DNA of 64,000 nucleotides from assembly GCA_951406725.2 (NCBI GenBank), contig OX597824.1, positions 32,054,001 to 32,118,000 on the forward strand, written 5' to 3'. The stretch's first letter is position 1, and every line of letters starts with the position of its first letter. The position numbers and the translations under genes were made by a program. The notes beneath the pieces are model-generated. The model was given only the letters and a program-made list of their open reading frames with translations. It made no database searches and was not told the DNA's origin. The stretch comes from Octopus vulgaris. Lineage: Eukaryota. Below are positions 1 through 13,281 of this stretch, piece by piece.

Positions 1-10
1 TAATAATTAT

Positions 11-271
11 TATTAAAATTATAATTTAGGGTATCTACGAGATGCCGCCATGCTGAAAATAGCAGCCAAAATCTGACTCTAAAACCACCTTAAATGTACA
101 AACAGCACAAGGAGAGAAGACAAAATGACAAAATAAACTAGCAAAAAATTACTGGATAATGACTTCTCTCCTTGTGCTGTATGAACATTTAAGGTGGTTT
201 TAGTGTCAGATTTTGGCTGCTATTTTCAGCATGGCAGTATCTCGTAGATACCCTAAATTATAATTTTAATA
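11..271. repeat. Long inverted repeat (~110-bp arms, ~40-nt loop)
   Basis: TATTAAAATTATAATTTAGGGTATCTACGAGAT...GGAGAGAAG pairs with CTTCTCTCC...ATCTCGTAGATACCCTAAATTATAATTTTAATA. Confidence 0.9.
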
Positions 272-282
272 TATATATTATC

Positions 283-484
283 AGAAATGTATAGCATTAA
301 ATATCCATCACGGCTGGTCTTATCAATCGGTTTTGCGTAAAGAATATATTCCCTTCCATATTGGCTAACTCTGATGAGCATAAAGTTATATAATCAGTTT
401 GTTACCTAATACTCCATTGTATTCTTTACGTAAAACCAATTGATAAGAGCAGCCGTGATGAATATTTAATACTATATATTTCGG
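283..484. repeat. Inverted repeat (~65-bp arms); the loop contains CTGATGAG
   Basis: 283-347 is the reverse complement of ~419-484, with scattered mismatches. Confidence 0.85.
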
Positions 485-2639
485 AAAACATACCCACTCT
501 ACTGACAGATACACGAGTGCATCTTTTCTCCGACTTATGGTCTCTTAGACGACTCACACACACACACACACGATGGGCTTCGCCTACGAAATCCACTCAG
601 AAAGCTTTGGTGGGATCGGTTGAAATTTTTACAGTATAGGTAAATCTTTACACCGGGGCTACTACAGAAAACACCTGCCGGAGTGTTAGACAGTGGGACT
701 GAACCCGGGGCAACACGGTTGGGAAGCAAGCTTCTTAACAAGCATTACAAAATAAGCACTAGAAAATCACTCATGGGAAACAGACTGTAGATGAACAATT
801 ATAATTGGTAATTTGTAACGAGGAATATATTAGTCATTTATTAATACCAGATTTAGAAATAAGTTAAGCTTGGTATCTCCCAGTCTGTAAAGACCTTAAA
901 ATAATTTATCAGCATGGCCTTCTTGTGTAATGTTTTAACAAATGTCCGAGTTATACATAGTTTAATAGCTCGCCAAGTCTAAATATAACACTTAAATATT
1001 TAAAACATTACACACACAGACACATACATATCCATACATATATGAATCACATGGAGAACGAATGTAGAAAATAAATAAATGATGAATATAAATCAAAGCT
1101 TAAAGATAATTTTTTTAAAAACAGGCAAGAAGCAAAATGTTCTTATAGTTGAGATTTGCATGTAAGTTTAATTCGCTTACACGTGTTTGATTCTATTATC
1201 TCCGGTTACATTATCTTATTTGACAATAGTAAAAGTTTTGTGCTAAACTTAAAGGCTTATCCTTATGGTATTTAAATAAAAAACGACAGTTTTTCCTGTG
1301 ACCTTTTCTCTCGTATTATTTTGGTTCACACAACTCATGCCCTACCCTTTTTTTCTTTTGTGGAAATATTGGATAATGAGTTAATCATTATCCGGTGAAA
1401 ATGCAGTTTAGGGGGTTAAAAAAAAGTGGAAGTACATTCATCGGAAGTGGTGACAATACCCAATTATTTCATGCAGACAGACAATCTATAATGAATGGAC
1501 AAGAACAACGCCACCACATCTCCTCGGTCCTTCCTGTGCATCTCAGTAGTTGTGCGGGATTATTGCATTGTTCTCACGTAACTGTGATGGGTATTAATGT
1601 CGTCACTTCTGGTCAATTTATTTTCCCTTTTTTGTTTTCATTTTCACTAGTTAACAAATATTGTCCCAGATACACAGTGTCTAAATTTAAGACCTGGATG
1701 GTTACATGGTAACAACTGGAAAGTGTTTGATCATAGGTCTCTTCGATTAGGGCAACTTGAGCGAACTACCACCGCTAACAACAACAACAAATTATAAATA
1801 AAATGATTTCTGATTTAGGTACAAGATCAGTAATTTCGACTTCGCTATGATTTGAACTCAGAATGTAAAGGGCCCGAAGAAATACCGCAAGAAATTTTGT
1901 CTGACGCTGTGACGATTCTGCACTATGCACCGTCCTCCCTTAGAAAACGGTCCAAAAGTGAGGCTCTGCGCTGTCGCACGATTGCTAGAAGTAGCAGCTA
2001 CATTAACTTCAAATTACACCTTAGCGTCTAAAAAAAAAAAAAAATAGATAACCGACATATTTTTAAAATAATTGAAAACCAACATACTGAATAATGATAA
2101 CCGACATACTGAATAATGAATCTGAAAACAGATGGGATGGTCGTGGCTGGAATTCCTTTCATAAGTTAGCTTGATCAGAGCTAAACAAGAACAATAACAG
2201 TAGCAATTAAATATGTGTATAATCCTTATTATCAATTAAAATAATTACAAATACCTATTTTGTAGTATCTATTCACAGTGATATATAACGTATTACAAAT
2301 AGTTCTACTAGTGGTAACTAGTAGCCCTTTATCGAAAGCAGCTGAGGGGATTTTTCTATCAAGATCCCACGCAACAGAGTTAACTTTACACGCAAATTGT
2401 TCTTGCTTAAGTGTTGCTAGCGTCTCAACACTCAACAGCTAACCTATAATCACCAGCCTCTGATCATGAACCCCCACGAGCATCTACAAGCCAGAATGAA
2501 TTTATGTGAGAGAGAGAGGGGGGAGACTCTCATGCCAGTTGCTTTTTTGACTTCGTGAAGCGTTGGAGATCAAGCCAAAAATTATTGGTCTACTTCGGAT
2601 TGAAAGTATAAAAGTTTTTCTGGCGAAAATAAGTAATCG

Positions 2640-3010
2640 GGCATAGCACTGCGATTATGAGGCTCGCCTTGAAACCGCATGGTTTGGGGTTCAGTCTCAC
2701 TGCGCCGCGCCTTGGACAAATGTCTTCGACTATAGATCTGGACCAAACAATGCCTTTGAGTGAATTTGGCAAACGGAGACTATGAAAACCCGTCGTATGT
2801 CTATATGTGTGTGTGTGTGTGTTCCTCGCCTCTGCTTGACAACAAGTGCCGATAATTTACGTCCCCATAATCCAGCGGTTTGGCAAAAGAGATCAATAGG
2901 ACCATCATAAGGACCAGACTTAAACGTTTAAATACTGGGGTCGATTTGTTCAATTAAAACTCTAGAAGGTGGTGCCCCAGCCTGGTCGCATTCCAGTGGC
3001 TGAAACAAGG
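2640..3010 (+). mobile_element. SINE family A, diverged
   Basis: Matches the family A layout; another partial copy lies at ~545-745 on the minus strand. Confidence 0.75.
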
Positions 3011-3074
3011 CTTTCTTTCTTTTCTTTCCTTTTTTTTCTTTGCGAGAAGAGAAAGTAGTGTGCATAATCCTTCA

Positions 3075-3960
3075 CAGGGCCGCCAAGGCGGGTGGGAGGT
3101 TTTCGCGGAACGGAGACTTGGCTAGAATGCTGCAACAAAGTGGGGTCACTTTAGGCACCCCAAAACCACGTCATCTTAAAACGGACGGTGGATTTAGTCT
3201 ACTTCCCACCCCCCAAATTGCAAAGGAAAAAGAGGCATTTTTTAAAGGTAAGCATTTAGGGGGGGAATATTTAAAAGCTATCTCAAGCATGACATCAGAA
3301 CATTCCTATGATTTGAGGGAGCCGAGGAAAAGGAGCAAAATAATTGAACAAAGTCACATATTATGTGAGTCACACTCTGGCGCTTTTATTTCCACCACAT
3401 TCAGTGTATGACCAGCACAAGAAATTAAAATTAGCAAATTCACTAAGTTCAAGGTTCCGTGTTTATAATGAATGCAATGTCAAAAAATATTTGACATTGC
3501 TGTTTCTGATCTTTGAAAGCTGATGTATTGAAAGCAAGTTCTTTATTGGACAATAGACAATGTGGAAACCAACAAAACGCTGGTGAATATACCAGGCATT
3601 CATATTTATAAACTCACTATTCTGCAGTTTATGTTTAATATCTTGTCTGTGTTTTCTCTCCTTCAACATGAGCACAGCAAGAGTTTGAAAAATAGCTATC
3701 TTGATTTTTGACATTTTGTCGGCCCATTTAGAATCCAGTTGTCAACTGAGACGGTATCTTACGTGTTCTGTAGTTCTGAAATTGTCCGTAATAATTCTAG
3801 AAACATTCTTAAAACCACATAGCAATACAGCCTCCATTCCAAATTATACACCGATGAGGCCAGAAAGGTGTCGAGGTTCAGACCAAATAGATTTCTCATT
3901 TTGGAAAAGGTCATTTTCGCCAACAATTTTCGGCTACACATAAAAATTACTGTATAACAG
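3075..3960. mobile_element. Possible hAT (ZMYM1-like) transposon relic
   Basis: CAGGGCCG TIR-like start; minus-strand fragments FLELLRTISE, LQNSEFI and IHQRFVGF. Confidence 0.4.
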
Positions 3961-4131
3961 AGAATATGTATGCGTTTAGTGCTAAGTGTTGGAAAATAGA
4001 ATAGTCAGTACCATAGTGCAGATTAATAATATACTTTATTTTGGTCCGGTCAGTCACTTGCTACTCGAGATTTTACCTGTAAACCCACAGGTAAAACTCA
4101 AGAGTAGCAAGAGATTCACTCATCCCAATTA

Positions 4132-4178
<47 letters not shown>

Positions 4179-6029
4179 GCAAGATAAACAGAGAAAAATA
4201 TTCGATTCGACCCAGAAAAGTTCACATTGAAGAAATGTGGAATATATCTATCTCAAGGCATCCTAAGATTGGCGTACCGGATTATTGGAAGTGGAAAATG
4301 TGTCATTTAGGGTGGCACACCAGAAGAAATGAAGACAAGTTTTCATGTAGAATTTTTGTTGCACACAATAATGTATCAAAAATGACAACCTCGGTTATTG
4401 ATGTTATCATTATTGTATCAACAAGAAAGAAATTCAAAATTGTAGAAAGAGTTTCGAATTGCAAATTTAGGTCATACAAAGAATGATTTTTGGTGATGGA
4501 GAAACATACCGAATCACGATCTTTCGTTTGACTGAATGAGTAGTTTAAAGGCAAATACATTGAAAAACGTTTTGAAAGTTTGCAAAGTAAACCAATTCAA
4601 TTAGTTCTACAATTTTTAAAAAATAAAAAGCATAGAAACATTGAAGAATGGTATTTTATTATGAATCACAAACGAAAAAAAAAAAAAATCTATTTTAACT
4701 CTACTGAGTTTTGAACTCAGATACTTTAGTTAACTTTCAGTACTGTACCTTCTTGGTGTGGCTATATTAAATAAAAAGAAAGTTTCGCCGACTAATTAAT
4801 TGAAATTTGAGATATATGCGAACAGTCTTCATATATTCATAGAATTGTTTTATTATTACCCACAAGAAAACTTTGGTAAAATTACAATTATTCATTGATA
4901 TTCTAAAATTTAGTATTTACCAAGGTAAAAGCAAAACTCAACAGGTTTTCTTATTTGAATATGACAGTAAGCGTGATTTAACGGTATGTAAATATTATTC
5001 TTTTTAAAAGCTAAATGGTTGCAAGCCATGTTTCTTGTTTGTTAATTTCAAAAGTTTTAGTAACACCTGGAATATCTAAATTCCGTCCTGTTTTAGTTTC
5101 CTAAATGGCCGATAATATTAGTAACTATAATCCGACGTATTATAGGACTAACTGCTTAAGAATAATCTAATTTATCTTGTGTTTTATAATTATATTTTAA
5201 ACGAATGACACGTTACCAAAAATCCATTGAGCAATATTTTAGTTTAATAAATGAACATAATGCAATCTTTGTTTTAATTCTTTTTAAGCTCAAAATAGTA
5301 GAAGGGGGAAAATAATACAGTATTGTTTTTATTTTGAGAAATTCTCTTTTGGCCCAGCATAGCAGTGGAAAATGTGCGACCTAGTTTCAATTCTAGACTG
5401 TATCTTATCGAATATTTATGAATATCACAACTTCCCAATAACTCTTGTCCATAGAGGCTTCGTTTACGAAAGAAATTATTTTCTTGAAATTGTAAATAAT
5501 CTTAATTATTTAGGCGAAAGTAAAGAATACCCACTCGGGGGATTAGGGTTAGGTTTTTTGTTAGGCCGAAAACGAGTGATGTACATATTCTTCACCTCCG
5601 CCAATTAATCATTAATATCAGTAAAATAGATATAAATTATCCAAGCATAGCAAAGCTTTAATAGAAACAACGTGTACAAGCTGTTTAAATTTTTCTATGA
5701 AAATTGTTTAAAAAGGTTTGATAATTTTTATTGTCGGAAAACAGGATTTGGAAGCTATCATTTTGTGTGACTGCACGTGTTAACTTTAAACAAATGAAAT
5801 ATCGACGGAATTCTGCGTTACGCACGCCATATAACCCCTCGTAACTTTCTTTCATTTTTTAAAAGTTTTCAGAAAACTTTTGCGAATTTATATTCTACAC
5901 ACGAGAATTCATGCGATGCAACCCCACCCCCAATAATTATAATAAATTGGTGCGTGATTTAAGGCCTACTAGTTATTACTTTTTAGCTCATTTCACGGCC
6001 ACCTCACATCTCATGAATTTTAAGCATTT

Positions 6030-6150
6030 AATAAGCGAAAATGACCACGTGAGTAGGCAGCTTGGTAACAGCGTGGCTTGTTACAATGGAAACAGGTATC
6101 TATATGCCGCTTTCGATTGGCTAAAATTACCCAAAATGGGCAAACTTTAA
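6030..6150 (+). promoter_or_regulatory. Putative promoter region for gene 1
   Basis: Locally CpG-retaining unique sequence with E-box CACGTG (6046), X-box-like GTTACAATGGAAAC (6080-6093) and inverted CCAAT GATTGG (6115). Confidence 0.4.
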
Positions 6151-7733
6151 AAGCTATTAACGCTTTCTTTTTCGATTTATGACGAAAATGAATTTCATGA
6201 AAATGATTACCATACAAAACTACACCAATACACTAAATATGAAATCAATCGGAACTAAAATCGAAGAACTTGAAAAGTGACAATCAAACAAAAACAATCT
6301 ATAATGATTTAAGAATATGTATATATCTGCTTTGGAATTTATAAATGATAGCAAATTTTATGTGAATTAGGTTAAACATAAACGCCATTGTAATATACAT
6401 TGCCATATATAAAGTTATGAATAATATAGAGATATAAGGTACCTTTAGTATCATAGGTTGAGTGGCAGCCCTCCCCAGGTGACACTTATATAGGGGCAAC
6501 ATTTTGGGTTTGCTGTATAGGGTTGGGGTGGAGGACAAACCAAAGAGCTACCTTGGGTGACACACACACACTCTCCTTACATCACTGAGCACCTGTTCAT
6601 AAAGTATATTATCAAAAATCCTACTTTGATAATAGTTTTGGTTTTCACTAGAAATAGAAACTATATTTCAAGCATAGGCACATTGTTTATTTGTTTAATG
6701 TCTGTTTTATTCCTTTTTTTTTTCCGAGACCAGCATAGGTTGGAAAAAATACATATCAATTTATGCAGTTTTTTTTCTTTACATCCGGACACCTTTCCTG
6801 TTGCTGATCCTTAGCTGGTTTTTAAGCTAGGGACTTTTTATTTAATACGTCTTCAAAAGTGTAGGACTAGAAAGTCAATAAACATCCCCATCTTTGGCTC
6901 AATGCTTTTCATGTGAAGCAAAAGAATCTAAGCTTTTACCCACATATATATACACACATACACACAACAGGTTTTCATACAATTTCTGCCTGTTAATTTC
7001 AGTCACAAGATGTGTGTGTGTGTGTGTGTGTGCACATGCATATGTATCTTTAATTTTGTGTCTACTTTCCATAATGGCATGTGTAGGGCAACTAAGTCAA
7101 GACAAGGCCCAGGGGACTGTGTCTCATTTATATGTTTTATGTTGGCACATTTCCTATGGTTGGATGCTTTCCTAGCATCAACCAATTTACAGTGTGCCAA
7201 ATGCAGTGTCCCATGGCACAAATATTTGAGAAGTTGTCCTGTGTTTTTGACAAAACAGGAGTAAATGATCCACTCAACCCTATGCTGTCTCTGGTCAGGC
7301 ACCAGCCACTTTATAGGGAGTGTTAATTGTGGCACCAACACAGGTGATGTTGCATGGTATGCACCACTGTTTTTTTGTTTTTTTATTTCTATTCAGGGCA
7401 ATATGATTAATTGAAAGGGCAGGGCAGAAGATAACTGCAGAAAATGTATGAGGATGGGAAAAAGGAAAGAGAAAGCAGCAAGAGTGTGGTAAGGGAGGGA
7501 GGGATCAGGTGATTGTGGAATCGGGGAAGAGAAATGAGAGGTAGTACTAGAAGTGCTGAGGTGGGACAGTAACAGCAGAGACAGTTATGATAGGGTGTAA
7601 TGAGCAACAGTAATTGCAGAGTAATGAGGGCGAGAGAGAGCAATGACAGTTGTAGAGATGGACAATGGTAAAAGTTTGATAGATGTCAATAACAGGTGAC
7701 TTGATGAGGAGTACTGGTTAGCAGTATAGAACT

Positions 7734-7734
<1 letters not shown>

Positions 7735-7768
<34 letters not shown>
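7735..7768. repeat. (GTT)n microsatellite
   Basis: Direct reading. Confidence 0.95.
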
Positions 7769-8215
7769 AAGCAACAAGACAGGTAAGGGTGATTAGGTGA
7801 TGGTCTAGGGCTTAGGGGCAGGAGACACCAGACCTTGGAAAAAAAAAAGAAAAAAAACTTTGGTTGTCTTGTTGTAGTTGAGGGCTTTATTGGTTGGAGA
7901 GAGAGAGAATAAGAGTGGGACATAATGAATTCTTTCATATCTGATGCAAACCTGTGTTAACTCAGATGTTGTGATGGGAAAGAGACAATGAGGTGGGCTA
8001 CAGATTTGATGGAGAAAGAGAGATTGATGTATGTCAATAATGAGTGACAAGGGGGAAGTGATTTACTAAGGAGAAAGGTAATATTAGCTGTTGAGTGAGT
8101 GATGGATGTTAGTAAAGGAGTAACTTGAGGGAAAGGGAGTGTCTACAGTTTATAGGGATAGGAGAAAGGTGTGTATTGAGTACACGATCTACTGCAATCC
8201 TTCCTTACCCTAGCA

Positions 8216-8570
8216 TTCATCATCATCATCATCGTTTAACGTTCGCTTTCCATGCTAGCATGAGTTGGACAATTTGACTGAGGTCTGGCGAACCAGATGG
8301 CTGCACCAGACTCCAATCTGATCTGGCATAGTTTCTACAGCTGGATACCCTTCCTAACACCTATCACTCCGAGAGTGTAGTGGGTGCTTTTACGTGCCAC
8401 CGGCATGAAGGCCAGTCAGGCGGTACTGGCAACGGCCATGCTCAAATGGTGTTTTTTATGTGCCACCTGCACAGGAGCCAATCCAGCGGCACTGGCAATG
8501 ACCTTGCTTGAATGTTTTTTTCACATGCCACCAGCACAAGTGCCAGTAAGGCGATGCAGGTAATGATCAT
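8216..8570 (-). mobile_element. SINE family B
   Basis: Starts with (CAT)n; reverse complement of family B. Confidence 0.85.
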
Positions 8571-9078
8571 GCTCCTTACCTTAGCATTATAATTCAGAAA
8601 TGAAGTGGATTAGTGTGATAAAAATTGATATGAAGTGAGATATGGTTGAGAGAGAGGAATGAGTATAGAAATCTGATGTTTTCTTTGATTCCACAGGTGG
8701 TGGAGTAGAAGTAAGTATGGGAGGGATGAAAGAGAGATGAGAAGATATTGAATATGGCAAGAGAGGCAGCAAATGGTGACTTAGCAGCTACAAATGTTGT
8801 GAAAGGCCCAGATGTTGATAAGATATCCCAACATCCATTACTACTCCACCTTCTTTTTAATGTATGTTTCACCCAGCTTTTATCTTTTATCAGGTTTACT
8901 TCAATATAGGTGTCACCAATCAACACAGGCCCTAATCATTCCCTTTGTGAGATGCAACAACTTGAAATTGATCTTTACCATTTTATTCCAAATATTCCAT
9001 TTCCACAGGCCCCATTCACTTTGAGCATCCTTCATATGCAGTACATTGTCTGCTCCTGCACACTACATTTGATTCATC

Positions 9079-9500
9079 AGATCTTTTCAGTTTGAATGGC
9101 AGTTTTTTCTAGCGGTGTCATATGAAATTGTCACCCATAATTATGACCCTAATATCAATCTATTGCATTTCAATCTGTTTTGGGTTTAGGGTTAGAGTTA
9201 GGGGTGGGGGGAAGGGTCTCTTTTTTTCTTCACAAATGTAAATAAATCCAATCTGTTTGTTAAACGAGGGGCATACTCATATAGCACAGAATGTTTTTTA
9301 CCCCAATAGACATCAGTGATTGGTTGAAATTGCAGAAATTGAAGAAAAAAACAGCAAATATCTTACAAACTATAGAATTTTCTCAATAAAGCCAAAAGAA
9401 AAAGATGCTTTATAAACACATTCTACCAGTATACGAAGTTTAAAATTTTTTAGTTACCTAGAAATTATGTTAAAAACTGCCATTCAAACCGAAAAGATCC
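9079..9500. mobile_element. MITE, Merlin-like, with 8-bp TSD GATTCATC
   Basis: TIRs AGATCTTTTCAGTTTGAATGGCAGTTTTT / AAAAACTGCCATTCAAACCGAAAAGATCC; TSD at 9071-9078 and 9501-9508; internal TTAGGG-like repeats. Confidence 0.85.
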
Positions 9501-10908
9501 GATTCATCTTATGCCAAGTGTTTTGTTCAGTTTATTTGTTCTTCATTGTTCAGTCACGCTAACATTACTCAACCATCGAAGCATAGTCACTTTATTTCCT
9601 TCTAGTTTTTACGAGTCTTCTACCTTCAAAGATCACATCTAGTTGCCCTACAACATTGTATTTTACACACAAACATAATCTATTTGTGGGATAAACCCTT
9701 TATTGCCAGATGTAATAGCTCCCTGAACATTTTCCACCCAATCCCTTCTTTAGTTACTCTATTTTCGGAGGATATGTGACATTTTGGCACAGCTGTTTTG
9801 GTGCTACATATTTGCAGTTGCTGACTTGACATCAGACATTTTAATGATTTAATACATCTCTTATCCTCTACCCCTCTCTTTCTCTCTGTTTATGTCTGTG
9901 AAAATAATTCCCTTTATGTGTCTGAGGAGAGGGAATGTGTTTGTCAATTGTGTTCAATTGACAGATTGATTTGGCTCTCTCACTCTTTCTATGTGTATTT
10001 CAAATACACAAAAATTGCTGGTCAAAAATTTGGTGACTAAAAATTGCTGCCACCAAAACATGCTCAGTATCCAGCCAGCCATTCCAAATCATCAGTGTCC
10101 AATCCTCTCATTCTAGCTCTCAAAACACCCACCTTCACTATTCATTAACTCACTTATGTAACAAAAGATATTAACTGTTTTCAGGGAGCCATCCAGGCAC
10201 TTGAGAGAATTTATCTTATCTTTTTTTTTTCTTTTCTTTTTTTTCTTTTCTTTTTTTTTTTTTTAGTGTTTGCCTCAGTACATCTGCTGCATGTGAAGAT
10301 GTGAAGTCAACCCTCTTTGTCAACCTACTTGAAATTCCACCACATCTTTTGTGTGTTCAAAAGTTACCTTGGACACTTGAACACACAGTTTGGAATTTCT
10401 ACTCCTTTTCTCTATATCATACACTACCAATTCCCCCAAAGTTGCAGGATCCTCTCTTTTCTACTTATTAAAACCTTAATCTTTGCTAAGTTTACTTTAA
10501 GACCTTTTTAATTCAGGTTTTGCTTTTGTCTGGAATTTCTTCTCCAAACCTATAGCTTACAAGAGACCCTATTATAATTTACGTAAGTATAAAATGATGC
10601 ATGTGTATAACTATATATGTACATGTAGCTGTACTAAATAATATAATTCTGGTTGTTGTTTACTTGGAATGCTTATATACTTGAGATAAACAATCAGTAT
10701 CACAAGCAGACGTTAATCTTGAAAATTCTAAACAAATCAAGTCTGAACTAATTATTTACAAGAAATTATCATTTTCTGAATAATATAATTATCATTATTG
10801 TACTCATAAACTGGAGTGTTCAATAGAATTTTTTCATAAAATGTTATTTGCTATAGGTTTACCCAGAGTACAAAATACACAATTACTTGGATAATTCATA
10901 TAACTTCT

Positions 10909-12087
10909 ATGGAAAACATCACTGAATGGCTGTCATCTACCTTAGAGTTAAGGTACCCAACAGCAGAAATGCATAATGTTCCTAATATTGAACATTACAA
11001 CTTTACTCCTGTTCAACAAATGTCAGGCATGTGTCCTGCAGAAGATTGTGAGGTGGCGGTAAATTATTCTAAGTCTGATTGTCAAGCAGAAGGATGTCAT
11101 TTGAATTTTGAAGATCTGTCATCAAAGAATGTGTCTTCTTGTACACCAAAATTATTCTCTATGAAATCTGATGTAGATATACCATCATCAAGTTCATGTA
11201 ACAATGCTGAAAGTTCTCTAAAAGTAAATGGTTGTTATGGTTCTAATCTAGTAAATGATGATAATATTGGCTCATTAGATATTAATGCGAACTATTTTAA
11301 TTATGTATCTTTGTTTAATACATCAAATAAAGAGACTAATGAAAAAAGTGACATTATTGGCAAAGAAAGCTTACACTCTGGAAATGGTCAATATCAGAAT
11401 TTGAATAAATGTCTTCATAAATGTCCTTGTGATAAAATGGTACCATTACCATCAAGTAAAACTCCTACAGCCATTAATTCTAAAGGTGTTCTTACTATAC
11501 CTCCTTTAATGCATACAGTTAGTCTTACCAATTCTTCTGAGAATCTGAGATCTTTTCATGATGGAGTGGTTTTTAAACCCAGCAGATACTTGCCATATTC
11601 AGCAAGAAATATCTCTAAGAAAAATACTCTGGAAAAATTCCTGAAAGGGTTCCAGTCTCAATCAAAGCACGAAATGCCAAATTTCTTTGTAGTGAGAAAG
11701 ATTTACGAAGTTGGACAGTTCGAGAATTATTAGAAACTTGTGAGACAATTCAAGAAAATACATTAAATAAAGAAGCATTTTCTGATGGAAGAATGATGAC
11801 TGGTTTGAAATCTGCTTCAAATTACAACCATTTCAATGCTCAAGAATCATTTCCAGTACAATTTATTAGAAATAATCAGTCAGAATTGTGTGAAGAAAAT
11901 TTATTCAAAGCAAATTCAAAAAATTTCGATGAAGTGAACAACAGAAATGAGTTATCTTCAGGAATAAATTCAATAGACCCAACACCACCAGAGACATTAT
12001 CATTTGATTATGAATTTTCAAATCCCAAGAATAACCCGGAGAGACTGCGTCCTATGCAGACTTTTGAAGATTTTGGTTCTCTTTCAA
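10909..12087 (+). CDS. Gene 1, first coding exon (acceptor at 10857, ATG 10909); long Ser/Asn-rich N-terminal region containing one -1 frame discontinuity near 11620-11730
   Basis: Acceptor ctatag|G at 10857. The ORF MENITEWLSS... stops at 11733. The overlapping -1 frame (EKYSGKIPERVPVSIKARNAKFLCSEKDLRSW...FGSLS) is open from 11619 to the donor TCAA|gtaagt at 12087, in phase with the next exon. Confidence 0.7.
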
Positions 12088-13281
12088 GTAAGTATAGACA
12101 CTGTGTGTATGCGTGCATGTGTGTTTGTGTGTGTACTCACACACACATATATACAGCTCTTCTAGAGAAAGATTTCTCTGACATACAACTTGCAGTCATA
12201 ATACTAGCACTCATCTTGAACTGCTTGTCACTGGTCCCTACTATGATGACCAGGTGAGTGGTAAACATGTTGTATAAGCTTTTATTACTTAAATCCAGTG
12301 ATGTGCTGATGTCTCACTATCATTTCATTTCTTGATCTGTTTTGTATTTTATAAAGTCTTATATGACAATGGTTGCATGGCACGTAAAAAGTCACATCTG
12401 TGCACATGCAAGGGTTAAAGAAAATCATAACAATCAAGTTGAATATGATATAGTTGTATCCTCATCATTGAGTGTCCATTTTACGTGCTGACATGGGTTA
12501 GGCAACTTGGCTAGAACTGGTAAGCCAGAGAGCTGCACCAGGCTCCAGTCTGTTTTGGCCTGGTTTTTACTGCTAGATGCCCTTCCTAACACCAACTATG
12601 TCACAGAGTGTACCAGGTGCCTTTTACATATCCATATATGAAATACAAATAAAAATAGGTGCAGATGTGGCTGTGTGATTGAGTAATTCATTTCCCTTCC
12701 TCATAATTTTGGCTTCAGCTTTACTACATAGTACCTTGGGCATGTGTTTTCTATTGTGGGCCTTGGGCTGCTCAAAGCCTTGTGGGTGGATTTGGTAGAT
12801 GAATACCGAAAGAAGCCCATTGTGTGTGTGTGTGTGTGTATGTAGGTATATGCATGCGCGCGTGTGTGTCTTTGTCCTGGCATTGCATGATGGTTATAAG
12901 CGAGTGTCATGGTGTCATTTGTTTCCAGTCATCTGTGAGAACTGAATGTAGAAAATCTTAGAAAATTCTGCCTGACCCATGCAAGCACGGAAAAGTGGTC
13001 ATTAGAACGATGATGAAGTAAAAATCATGCTTGGAATGAATTTAGATTTTATGCATTTGCTGAATGTTAATAAATAGCATGGTCTAATTGGAAAGGTCAT
13101 TCTGTTTTCCTGGACAGTCTCAGGCTTTTCTGTTGCTGTGTGACAAAACAAAGCATAAACAAGAATTGGTGATGCTTTATTCTAAAGAAATTACAGCAAT
13201 TTTAAAGGAGCAATGTATTTATATTTTTACTCTGTTTTAAATTAATTCATTTATTACATTCCTTCTAATTTCTTTCTTAAG

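Noticed and set aside
371-378. CTGATGAG as a complete hammerhead or a C/D snoRNA box
   Set aside because: No downstream stem II plus GAAA and no matching box D/terminal stem; at most a truncated remnant.
6086-6095. ATGGAAACAG|gtatct as a coding first exon of gene 1
   Set aside because: Splicing to 10857 gives a frame that stops after about 16 codons; at most a uORF.
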